Assembly: GCA_965116885.1 (NCBI GenBank)
Contig: OZ220741.1
Coordinates: 1,248,001 to 1,312,000 of the forward strand
Direction of reading: 5' to 3'
Origin: Candidatus Latescibacterota bacterium
GTDB taxonomy: Bacteria > Latescibacterota > UBA2968
DNA length: 64,000 bases
Of the stretch, positions 52,563 to 60,899 are shown in pieces; position 1 is the stretch's first letter; each line of letters begins with the position of its first letter. A program made the translations under genes and the position numbers. The notes under the pieces are model-generated. The model did no database searches. It worked only from the letters and a program-made list of their open reading frames with translations, and was not told the origin of the DNA.

Positions 52563-54254
52563 ATGGATAGACGTACGGTATTTGCCTTTGCCTTAATCGG
52601 CCTGATCTTGATACTGATGCCGTATTACATGCAATTCTTTCAAGGTGACACACCTCCTGTAGAAAAATCCGCTCCTCGCCAGATTGAGCCACCGCAGATT
52701 ACTGATACATCTCCCGAACCTCGACCCGCACAACAATCCGAACCTCAACCACCTCCTATCCAGGACAAAAGCCCAGCCTCTACATCGACGTTTCTGGAAC
52801 GTGATATTGTCATAGATGCGGAACTCTACCGCGCTGTCATCTCCACGCGCGGTGGCGTGATTACCAGTTGGCAGCTCAAGAGCTATTTTGATGACAAAGG
52901 CAATTGGCTGGAATTGATCCCACCAAACGGTGCTGGACTTGGTGCTACTGTTGCGAGTGAGTCCCTAAATGGTCTCGAATTTACTCCTGATCGCGATCGC
53001 CTTGACATTTATGGTGATACGCAAGATCTGATCGTGTTTCGTGCTCAATCTCCGCGTGGTCCAGTCGAGAAACGTTTCCGATTTCAGGGAAACCGGTATC
53101 GCATTCACGTTTCCGTCATAGCTGAAAGTCTTGCTCGAGATGATAAATTAGGGATAACATGGGATGGAAGTCTCGCTGACACAGAAAATAAGCGCGGGAC
53201 TTCAGAGAGTTTTTACGAAGGTGTTTACGAACAAATCGTTACCTACATGGGAGGGGAAGTTGAAACATGGGATACAGACCGCCTTCAAGATAAAGAGACG
53301 CCGCCAAGTGGTCAACTGACCTGGATCGGCGTGAGAAATAAATACTTTCTCGCCGCGGTTATCCCCAATGAAGGTCGTTATGACCTTGATCTTTACGGTG
53401 ATAATAAGATTGATCCATTTGGCTTTTCTTATCGCGAATTTGCTTTTGATATGTATGCTGATTCTGGACTTAATACTATCAATTACTCCGCGTATATTGG
53501 TCCAATTTCCTATGACATTTTACGTGCTCAAAATCGCGATCTCGATGGACTTGAACGAGAACTGGACCTCGATGACTTTGTCGATTACGGCCCTTATTTT
53601 GTCCGCTCTATTCTCAAGCCAGTTACGATTTTAATTCTTAAAGCCTTTCTCGCCATGCACGCTCTGGTTCCCAATTACGGCGTGGTCATAATCCTTTTTT
53701 CTATCCTCGTCAAGGTCGTTGTTTTCCCACTTACGCACAAGAGTCTCGAATCCACTGCCAAGATGCAGACGCTCCAGCCCAAAATTACCGAACTTCGCGA
53801 GCGTTATGCCAACGACCAGAAGAAGATGAACGAGGCCATGATGAGACTCTATCGGGAAGAGAAGATCAATCCCATCGGTGGATGCCTACCCATGCTCTTA
53901 CAGATGCCGATACTGTTTTCTCTTTTTTCTCTGTTTCGCGGGACTATTGAACTCCGACAAGCTGGGTTCGCTTTCTGGATTACCGACCTTTCCCAACCAG
54001 ATACCATCCCCATTGGTGGTTTTGACCTGCACCTCTTGCCTCTTTTAATGGGGATATCGATGTTCATTCAGCAAAAGATGATGATGAAAGATCCCAAACA
54101 GGCTATTCTCGTCTATATCATGCCCATCTTTCTCACCTATATTTTCTGGAGTATGTCCTCTGGCCTCGTCTTTTATTATACACTCTACAATGTGCTGACC
54201 CTCGCCCAGCAGATCATCATGGAAAAAACCAAATCGATGTTGGGCACGTCCTGA
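52563..54254 (+). CDS. yidC: Membrane protein insertase YidC
   Basis: NYGVVII, LQPKI, NPIGGCLPMLLQMPI, WITDLSQPD, GLVFYY. Confidence 0.95.
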   Translation: MDRRTVFAFALIGLILILMPYYMQFFQGDTPPVEKSAPRQIEPPQITDTSPEPRPAQQSEPQPPPIQDKSPASTSTFLERDIVIDAELYRAVISTRGGVITSWQLKSYFDDKGNWLELIPPNGAGLGATVASESLNGLEFTPDRDRLDIYGDTQDLIVFRAQSPRGPVEKRFRFQGNRYRIHVSVIAESLARDDKLGITWDGSLADTENKRGTSESFYEGVYEQIVTYMGGEVETWDTDRLQDKETPPSGQLTWIGVRNKYFLAAVIPNEGRYDLDLYGDNKIDPFGFSYREFAFDMYADSGLNTINYSAYIGPISYDILRAQNRDLDGLERELDLDDFVDYGPYFVRSILKPVTILILKAFLAMHALVPNYGVVIILFSILVKVVVFPLTHKSLESTAKMQTLQPKITELRERYANDQKKMNEAMMRLYREEKINPIGGCLPMLLQMPILFSLFSLFRGTIELRQAGFAFWITDLSQPDTIPIGGFDLHLLPLLMGISMFIQQKMMMKDPKQAILVYIMPIFLTYIFWSMSSGLVFYYTLYNVLTLAQQIIMEKTKSMLGTS

Positions 54255-54266
54255 CAGGTTATTTCT

Positions 54267-55613
54267 ATGTCCGACAACGATACCATCGCGGCAATTGCCA
54301 CAGCTCCTGGTGAAGGTGCGATTGGCATCATCAGACTCAGCGGACCAGATGCCATCTCAATTGGAGAACGTCTCTTCAGAGGTCAAACCCCCCTCCACAA
54401 CCTTCCTTCTCGCCAACTATCTTTTGGACATCTCTATATTCAGGGCCGGAATTTTGACAAAGTTCTGGTCTCGGTCATGCGTGCGCCTAATTCTTTTACC
54501 GGTGACGATACAGTTGAATTTAACTGCCATGGGGGACCTTTTCTACTCAGACGGATTATGGAAGCAGTATTTCAAGAAGGTGGTCGGCCGGCTGGTCCAG
54601 GAGAATTCACCAGGCGAGCTTTTCTCAACGGCAAGATAGGTCTCTCGCAGGCAGAAGCAGTTTCTGATATGATCACTGCGAAATCTGATCTGAGCCTCCA
54701 ATCTGCTTTTTTTCAACTCCGAGGTGGATTTCATCGCCGTTTCGAAAAAATGGCAGAATCTATTCGTCAGGCGGCCACGCTTCTCGAAGCTAATTTAGAT
54801 TTTTCTGAGGATGTAGAGATAGATGTCGAGATGATTAAGCCACCACTCTCTCAGGCTTTAAAGCATATTGAAGAGCTCATTCTTTCCTATGAACGCGGAA
54901 AAATTATTCGCGAAGGTGCCGTCGTCACCCTCGCTGGTCAACCCAATGTGGGAAAATCCAGTCTTCTCAACCGACTTCTCGAAGAAGACCGTGCGATTGT
55001 TACAGATATTCCCGGTACAACGCGAGACACAATTGAAGAGCAAATAGATCTCAATGGAATTGCTGTTACACTGGTTGACACAGCTGGTATTCGCGATACC
55101 GACGATCCGGTGGAAAGAGAGGGTACGCGTCGGTCTCAGCAATTCATAGACCGCGCAGCTATTGTTCTCTATATTGTAGATGGATCGCATCCACCACATT
55201 CCCAGGATCTGGACAACATCAGTCGTTATAATCAGGCGTTTCTTGTTCTCAATAAGAGCGATCTGGGTATTTACACTGGGTGGCAAAGCGTTCAGCCTTG
55301 CCATCCCCAAATCATTCTTTCAGCCAAAACGGGCGATGGCATCGCCACTTTGCGTGGTCGCCTTCGTGAGACTCTCCTGGGAAAGAGCGACTTGCCTGAC
55401 GAAATCGTCACCAAAGAACGGCATGTTCTCGCACTTCAGCAAGCTGCAACGGGACTCTCCCAGGCTCTGAAGAGCCTTGAATTCGGCAATCCGGGGGAAA
55501 TTATTGCCCTTGACCTCCGCGTTGCCCTGGACGCGCTTGCCGCAATCATTGGGAAGACTACCCCGGATGATGTTCTCGATCGAATCTTCCAAACCTTTTG
55601 CATCGGCAAATAA
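54267..55613 (+). CDS. mnmE: tRNA modification GTPase MnmE
   Basis: DTIAAIAT, GQPNVGKSS, PGTTRD, DTAG, FCIGK. Confidence 0.97.
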   Translation: MSDNDTIAAIATAPGEGAIGIIRLSGPDAISIGERLFRGQTPLHNLPSRQLSFGHLYIQGRNFDKVLVSVMRAPNSFTGDDTVEFNCHGGPFLLRRIMEAVFQEGGRPAGPGEFTRRAFLNGKIGLSQAEAVSDMITAKSDLSLQSAFFQLRGGFHRRFEKMAESIRQAATLLEANLDFSEDVEIDVEMIKPPLSQALKHIEELILSYERGKIIREGAVVTLAGQPNVGKSSLLNRLLEEDRAIVTDIPGTTRDTIEEQIDLNGIAVTLVDTAGIRDTDDPVEREGTRRSQQFIDRAAIVLYIVDGSHPPHSQDLDNISRYNQAFLVLNKSDLGIYTGWQSVQPCHPQIILSAKTGDGIATLRGRLRETLLGKSDLPDEIVTKERHVLALQQAATGLSQALKSLEFGNPGEIIALDLRVALDALAAIIGKTTPDDVLDRIFQTFCIGK

Positions 55614-55636
55614 TGTTGAACTGGGATACGACCAGT
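55613..55636 (+). repeat. 24-bp inverted repeat, left copy
   Basis: ATGTTGAACTGGGATACGACCAGT, the exact reverse complement of 56513-56536. Confidence 0.95.
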
Positions 55637-55643
55637 GGTAAAA

Positions 55644-55659
55644 TGTTCCACGTGAAACA
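55644..55659. promoter_or_regulatory. parS: parS site
   Basis: TGTTCCACGTGAAACA matches the consensus TGTTNCACGTGAAACA. Confidence 0.9.
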
Positions 55660-55754
55660 TCGGTGAGACGTGAAACGTAAGAGGGGTTGGGCGGTCGTCT
55701 CACCTTTTACGTCTTACGTCTTACTTCTTACCGCCTTTTCTAAAGGTATATTCA

Positions 55755-56393
55755 ATGGAACCAGATGAAGCCATTGAGCTTGCGGAGAGATCCTTTGGCC
55801 TTTCTTTTTCCAATAAACAGGTCGTGTTGCTCAAGCAATATGTCGATTTGCTTACCGATTGGTCGGGTCGCGTTCGATTGATCTCCCGCAATGATCGCAA
55901 TTTTATATGGGAACGTCATATTCTCGATTGTCTCTCGCTGGTACCGCACCTTCCAGGAAATGGACCTCTCCTGGATTTGGGATCAGGTGCTGGTCTGCCG
56001 GGTATTGTGATCAAGATTATGAGGTCCGATCTCGAAGTTTATCTCCTTGAACCCACCCGCATGAAAAACCTCTTTCTCCAGGAAGCTATTACCGCGCTCG
56101 GCCTTCAAAGTGCTTTCGCTATCAGATATCGCGCTGAGCACCTTGTTGAAGATTCCTCGTTCGCTGGTAAATTTCTGATTGGTACAGCCCGTGCAGTTGC
56201 ACGACTGCCCCAACTTTGGAATTGGACAGAACCTTTTCTCGCCTCTCAGGGAGTACTTATTTCAATGAAAGGCCCAGATTCTCTCTGCGAGTTCACAGGC
56301 GGTGTTCCACGCGATATCTATGCTACTGAAACCTCTTTGACCTTACCCATTACACGACGAAGACGGTCTTTTGTCTTTCTTAAAAGACGTTGA
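55755..56393 (+). CDS. rsmG: 16S rRNA m7G527 methyltransferase RsmG (GidB)
   Basis: RHILDCL, DLGSGAGLPG, RAE, ARAV, MKG. Confidence 0.93.
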   Translation: MEPDEAIELAERSFGLSFSNKQVVLLKQYVDLLTDWSGRVRLISRNDRNFIWERHILDCLSLVPHLPGNGPLLDLGSGAGLPGIVIKIMRSDLEVYLLEPTRMKNLFLQEAITALGLQSAFAIRYRAEHLVEDSSFAGKFLIGTARAVARLPQLWNWTEPFLASQGVLISMKGPDSLCEFTGGVPRDIYATETSLTLPITRRRRSFVFLKRR

Positions 56394-56536
56394 ACTGGTC
56401 CCGTGTAGAACCATCATGGGATGACAGGGCCAGCTATACATCGTTCCACGTGAAACGGTGTATGAAGGCGAGTGAGCGGTGTACAACTGCGCCAGCAGTT
56501 CAATCGAGCATGACTGGTCGTATCCCAGTTCAACAT
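56390..56536. repeat. Cluster of TGAACTG-family repeat modules, including the right 24-bp IR copy (56513-56536)
   Basis: Modules shared with 32665, 55613 and 59798-59880. Confidence 0.8.
56442..56457. promoter_or_regulatory. parS: parS site
   Basis: CGTTCCACGTGAAACG. Confidence 0.82.
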
Positions 56537-56585
56537 AAGTTAGTAAAAAGAAGATTAGATTAACGAATTATTTATCACATAACCA

Positions 56586-56628
56586 GAGAGAAAGCCCGCT
56601 TCTCGCGTTGAGAAGCGGGCTTTCTCTC
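56586..56628. terminator. Strong hairpin, likely bidirectional terminator
   Basis: Perfect 19-bp stem GAGAGAAAGCCCGCTTCTC-GCGTT-GAGAAGCGGGCTTTCTCTC between convergent rsmG and XRE genes. Confidence 0.8.
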
Positions 56629-56653
56629 ATTATTAATGCGATTTATTACCAGA

Positions 56654-57157
56654 TCAGGTTATGCCAGCAAAAGCTTTTGCTGTACTGAGCAATGTTTGCC
56701 ATTGTTGGGGGGGGATCTGGGTGATGATCTTAATGAGTTCGGGAATATCCCGGTCTGTAGTAGAAGCGCTCGCGTTCAGGGCTTCGCACCACTGCTTGTT
56801 CTTGAGTACCTTGCGAATATCAGGGCTCTGGAGTGCTTTGACAATGCCTGCATTGAGGATTTTGGGGTTGGAAATAATCTGGCTGATGACGGGATCTGTT
56901 ATCAGCTTTTCCATCTGGGTAAAAAGTTTGCGGCCTTCGGGTGTTTTCTGTGCGCGTTCTTTGTAAGCTAAAAAAAGAAGCCTTTGAGGGTCGAGATCGA
57001 GTGTTTTTGCAAGATTCGTACACACGTCGTCAGATGGTATGCGTTCGCCTTTTTCTATTTGATAAATATAAGTACCCCACACCCCAATACTTTCCCCCAA
57101 AGCCTGCTGGCTAAATCTTCCATTTCGAGCTTGTTTTATTATTTCACCAAACCTCAT
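56654..57157 (-). CDS. XRE-family HTH transcriptional regulator
   Basis: FGEIIKQAR...SQQALGESIGV...YIYQIEKGERIPS...LAKTL; GGAGG RBS. Confidence 0.85.
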   Translation of the reverse strand: MRFGEIIKQARNGRFSQQALGESIGVWGTYIYQIEKGERIPSDDVCTNLAKTLDLDPQRLLFLAYKERAQKTPEGRKLFTQMEKLITDPVISQIISNPKILNAGIVKALQSPDIRKVLKNKQWCEALNASASTTDRDIPELIKIITQIPPQQWQTLLSTAKAFAGIT

Positions 57158-57276
57158 ACACCCCTCCCAAAAGATCGGTCGCGTTTAAAAATCTGATAAC
57201 ATAATATGAATTGAAAAGAGCAGCGAGGCAAGCTAAATCCTTAAGAAACAGACAGGTTAAATGAAAATATTTACTC

Positions 57277-57305
57277 TTGACAACACAAACTTGACAGTGT
57301 ATATT
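57277..57305 (+). promoter_or_regulatory. sigma70 promoter divergent from the XRE gene
   Basis: TTGACA-17 bp-TATATT, with the same hexamers as the rpmH promoter. Confidence 0.75.
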
Positions 57306-57310
57306 TGGGT

Positions 57311-57547
57311 AGTTGCATTCTGGCACTCCCCATACAGAAAGCAACACACACACACTTGTTTGTGTGTGTGTAGGGCTTAAAGTCCTGGAAAATAAAGAGA
57401 AACGCAATTCAGTTAAATTCTAATTCCCCTGAATTTAAGTCTCTCTTTATTGGGTGGGGAGGGTAAACCGATCTTGCTCTGATTCCCCTTTCTCCCCAGA
57501 TCGTCAGGCTTATCCTCCCCATTTCCCCTTTTTCTCCCCTTTTTTTT
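57311..57547 (+). ncRNA. Putative novel structured RNA (sRNA or attenuating leader)
   Basis: Five consecutive hairpins from the predicted TSS, UCCCC motifs, pyrimidine/U-tract end. Confidence 0.55.
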
Positions 57548-57603
57548 ACATTCAAGTGCGGGTATTCTTTCGTACTCCATCTGTCTTTTTTAGGAATTCG
57601 CCC

Positions 57604-57954
57604 ATGGCCCTTGATGCTGGCGAACTCGATCTCATTCGAGAAACCGTTCACAATGCCATTGAGTCTTCGCAAGAAAACTTTGCTCAAATGGTCGCCAGGC
57701 AGTTTGTGGAAGTTCGATCTGATATCCAAAATGTGCAGGACGCAATTCGCAAAATAAGCACACGTCAGGCTCAGGTCGAGGCCGATATATCAGAAGTCGG
57801 CCACATATGCGAACAGCTAAAGCGCAGGCTTTCGATCATACACGATGGCATGGGTACTGCTGATCGGCTGTTGCACGAGCGTGAAGTTTCACTCAGATTG
57901 GATCATCTCGAACGCGAGTTGGCAGAATTGCGGAGCCGTTTGCCCTCTGTTTGA
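57604..57954 (+). CDS. Small coiled-coil hypothetical protein
   Basis: ATG after TAGGA; heptad pattern (LRLDHLERELAELRSRL). Confidence 0.65.
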   Translation: MALDAGELDLIRETVHNAIESSQENFAQMVARQFVEVRSDIQNVQDAIRKISTRQAQVEADISEVGHICEQLKRRLSIIHDGMGTADRLLHEREVSLRLDHLERELAELRSRLPSV

Positions 57955-58015
57955 TTTCCCTCCCCCAATATCCAGGTCCCTATAAGCGTAGTGTCCCCTG
58001 TAATTTTGGGATAGC

Positions 58016-58876
58016 TCAATCTGAAACAACCGGATTTTCGAGTCGCCCCAGTCCATCAATTTCACATATTACATGGTCGCCGTGTTTGAGCCAGAGTTGT
58101 GGCTCACGTCCCATACCCACACCGGGAGGTGTGCCGGTAAAAATCAAATCTCCGGGGGCAAGTGTGAATACATGTGTGAGATAAGCAATGAGTTTGGGGA
58201 CGCCGAAGATCAGTTGAGATGTATTGGAATCCTGTACTGTTTCGCCATTGAGAATACAGCGAATGCCCAGGTTATGAGGATCGGGCACATCGTCTGTTGT
58301 GACCAGGTCAGGTCCTATTGGAGCAAATGTGTCAAAAGTTTTGCCCATCATCCATTGTGCACCCGGTTTTTCAAGCTGGTAATCACGAGCACTCACGTCG
58401 TGTCCAACCATGTAGCCTGCAACGTGGTTGAGGGCATCTTCTTCAGAGATATTGCGACCGCGTTTGCCAATAACGACAACAAGCTCGACTTCGTAGTCAA
58501 CCTGGGAACTCGCGCTGGGAGCCACGATATTCTCATCTGGGCCGATGATGGATGACGCATATTTGGAAAAGACAATGGGTTCGTCGGGAATGGGCATACC
58601 GCTCTCGGCGGCATGGTCGGCGTAGTTGAGACCTATGCAAATAATTTTTTCTGGATTGTCGATGGGAGCATGAATGCTGACACCTGTTTCAGAAATGGCA
58701 TGGTCTCCTCTATCAATCACTGTCCTGGCTCTGGAAATGGCGTTATCACCTGCTTCGAGAAATTCTCTCATGGTGGAGGGAATCGAAGGATCGGCAGCAC
58801 TGAAGTCAATGATCGAATCGCCTGATCGGGCACCGAGCCGACGCAGTCCCCGGTGCGAAAATGTCACAAGTCGCAT
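58016..58876 (-). CDS. Fumarylacetoacetate hydrolase family protein
   Basis: KIICIGLNY..H, DYEVEL, DVSARD, GKTFDTF, TGTPPGVG. Confidence 0.92.
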   Translation of the reverse strand: MRLVTFSHRGLRRLGARSGDSIIDFSAADPSIPSTMREFLEAGDNAISRARTVIDRGDHAISETGVSIHAPIDNPEKIICIGLNYADHAAESGMPIPDEPIVFSKYASSIIGPDENIVAPSASSQVDYEVELVVVIGKRGRNISEEDALNHVAGYMVGHDVSARDYQLEKPGAQWMMGKTFDTFAPIGPDLVTTDDVPDPHNLGIRCILNGETVQDSNTSQLIFGVPKLIAYLTHVFTLAPGDLIFTGTPPGVGMGREPQLWLKHGDHVICEIDGLGRLENPVVSD

Positions 58877-59085
58877 AATGATGTTGTCCTTGGGAATGTG
58901 GAGGTTTGTGTTGTTCCGCGAACAATAAAACGTCGAGAAGAACCACTGTCAAGGAAGATTTGGGGGTGTTTTTTTTCTCTTAAAATGTGCAAATGGATTG
59001 TTGTCTATGATGAGCGTCTGGGCTTATATTTAGAAACAGTACATAATATACCAGGCGGTGTTGTTTTGGTTAAGGAGAACTGTCT

Positions 59086-59769
59086 ATGAAACGATTTGTT
59101 TTTTTGGGGCTATGCCTTTTGATAGCGGCCTGTGGAGGTAGCGGAATGGAAGATTTAAAACAAGCCAATGAGAAGTTGAACAATGAGAATCGGTCGTTGA
59201 AAAGCTCTTTGAACAAGGCGCAAAACCAGATTAAGCGGGCTGGCGAGGTCGGAGGCCGAATGCTATTTCTGGTAAAGCAGATTCGGGATGTGAGCGCGCG
59301 TATCGCGACGAATATGGGGGATATTGAATTGAAGTTCCATCCCGAAAAGGCACCTGTTCATTGTTTTGCCTTTATCGCGCGGGCAGAAAGCGGGTTTTAT
59401 AACAATACCAAGTTTCATCGCGTAATTAAAAATTTTATGATTCAGGGCGGCGATCCAAATTCAAAGGACGATGATCCATCTGATGATGGAACGGGGGGAC
59501 CCCTCGTGCATATCCCTCATGAATTTAATGATATAAAACACGTACCGGGCATTCTTTCTATGGCACGCATTTCAGATGTGTCGGCTGGTGCCGGGTCACA
59601 ATTTTTTATTATGCATGGGTCTTCGCCCAATTTGGACAACCAATATACTGCTTTTGGAGAAGTGACAAAGGGAATGGATGTGGTTAACAGTATTGCAATG
59701 GTCGAAACCGCACCAGGGGATCGACCTCTAAAACCCGTGGTGATCAAGCGCATAGATGTGTTTCGATAG
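59086..59769 (+). CDS. Lipoprotein cyclophilin-type peptidyl-prolyl isomerase
   Basis: Lipobox IAAC; FHRVIKNFMIQGGDP; SMAR; GSQFFI. Confidence 0.9.
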   Translation: MKRFVFLGLCLLIAACGGSGMEDLKQANEKLNNENRSLKSSLNKAQNQIKRAGEVGGRMLFLVKQIRDVSARIATNMGDIELKFHPEKAPVHCFAFIARAESGFYNNTKFHRVIKNFMIQGGDPNSKDDDPSDDGTGGPLVHIPHEFNDIKHVPGILSMARISDVSAGAGSQFFIMHGSSPNLDNQYTAFGEVTKGMDVVNSIAMVETAPGDRPLKPVVIKRIDVFR

Positions 59770-59797
59770 ACAGGTGTGAAGAGATGAGATGGGCAAG

Positions 59798-59930
59798 CGG
59801 TGTACGAAGGCGAGTAATGAACTGCTGATGAACCGCCGCAGTTGTACGCCGCTCCGAGCATGACAGTGTCGCAGTTCAATACAGAACGTTGTGCTGCGTG
59901 TGCGTGGCATGACTGCGACAGCAGATCATC
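59798..59930. repeat. Second cluster of TGAACTG-family modules
   Basis: Same flanks as 56456-56514 with the central cassette reversed, plus two further GCATGAC...GCAG units. Confidence 0.8.
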
Positions 59931-59952
59931 AAAGGAGACGTGTCGCATTGAA

Positions 59953-60057
59953 TGTGGAAAAGTGGATAATATTATCAACAATTTAAGTAGTTGATTTTAT
60001 TTAAGAACGGAATAACTTGGTGTGGGGATATGAAAGTTATCCACACATTTTTCCACA
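59953..60057. promoter_or_regulatory. Second DnaA-box cluster
   Basis: TGTGGAAAA 59953, AGTGGATAA 59961, TTATCAACA 59972, TTATCCACA 60037, TTTTCCACA 60049. Confidence 0.75.
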
Positions 60058-60223
60058 CTTTGTCTCAGATTTTTCAACGCTGAAATACAGGCATTTTGGG
60101 TTGTTTTTCGGCCTGTGCGGAAGGGATATTTCGCTTGCTACACCTACAGAATTGGCCTATATTTGGATTTGTTATAGCATTAGAAAATTCAAATAAAAAC
60201 TTCACTATCTGTGGGGTTTAACA

Positions 60224-60817
60224 GTGATTGAAAAAGTTAAAGATGATGTTGCCGAGATTTTGGCACCTTCTACAGAATATCTCGTCGAAAAACGCTTTAC
60301 TCCCGATTTGTTGACGATGATCGGGTTTATTTTCAATATAGGTGCCGCCGTGCTCTTCGGCTTTGGATTGTATATGTGGGCCGGGTTGACGGTGCTTGTT
60401 GCGGGTATTTTTGATTTTCTCGACGGGCAGGTGGCGCGCAAGGGTAAAACAGAATCCAAATTTGGTGCGCTTCTTGATTCTACTGTTGATCGATATTCCG
60501 AAATTTTCATCTGGTTTGGCATCGCGATCAGTTTTATACGGGCTGATGATCTCTGGACAAGCTCGGCGGTCTTTTTTGCACTGGCAGGATCTCTGATGGT
60601 GAGTTATGTGCGCGCGCGCATTGAGGGTCTTGGGGCGGAGTGCAAAGTTGGGTTTATGCAGCGCCCCGAGCGCGTTGTTGCCATTGGTGCTGGTGGGGTG
60701 ATCGTACCTTTGATTGGGGATATTGGTTTGATCGTTGTGGTCTGGGCAATTGCTCTGTTGGGAAATTTTACTGCGATGGAGCGGGTAATTCACTTTCGAA
60801 AACTGACAAAATCATAA
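60224..60817 (+). CDS. CDP-alcohol phosphatidyltransferase
   Basis: DFLDGQVAR......FGALLDSTVDR signature; SYVRARIE. Confidence 0.9.
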   Translation: MIEKVKDDVAEILAPSTEYLVEKRFTPDLLTMIGFIFNIGAAVLFGFGLYMWAGLTVLVAGIFDFLDGQVARKGKTESKFGALLDSTVDRYSEIFIWFGIAISFIRADDLWTSSAVFFALAGSLMVSYVRARIEGLGAECKVGFMQRPERVVAIGAGGVIVPLIGDIGLIVVVWAIALLGNFTAMERVIHFRKLTKS

Positions 60818-60845
60818 GGCCTGGTTGTCGAATACAGGATGACAA

Positions 60846-60875
60846 AACCCGGGGGTACCGCCGGGTTCTTTTTTT
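60846..60875 (+). terminator. Probable intrinsic terminator
   Basis: AACCCGG...CCGGGTT followed by CTTTTTT. Confidence 0.55.
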
Positions 60876-60899
60876 CCTTACAGAAAAACGTGGGAACAA

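Noticed and set aside
55662..55735. GAGACGTGAAACG as a third parS, and the TTACGTC heptamer repeats
   Set aside because: Only a half-site inside a GGTGAGACG/CGTCTCACC hairpin; short tandem heptamers also occur at ~26598 and ~34690 and look like generic intergenic filler
57346..57371. (AC)n/(GT)n as a phase-variable microsatellite
   Set aside because: The tracts are short and mutually complementary; better explained as a stem of the putative RNA
57409..57729. ORF 57409..57729 (-) and the 57454 upstream start of the coiled-coil ORF
   Set aside because: They run through the structured pyrimidine-rich region; ATG 57604 has an RBS and gives a coherent protein
56654..57954. Prophage remnant (repressor plus divergent gene)
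   Set aside because: No integrase, att site, or structural or replication genes nearby
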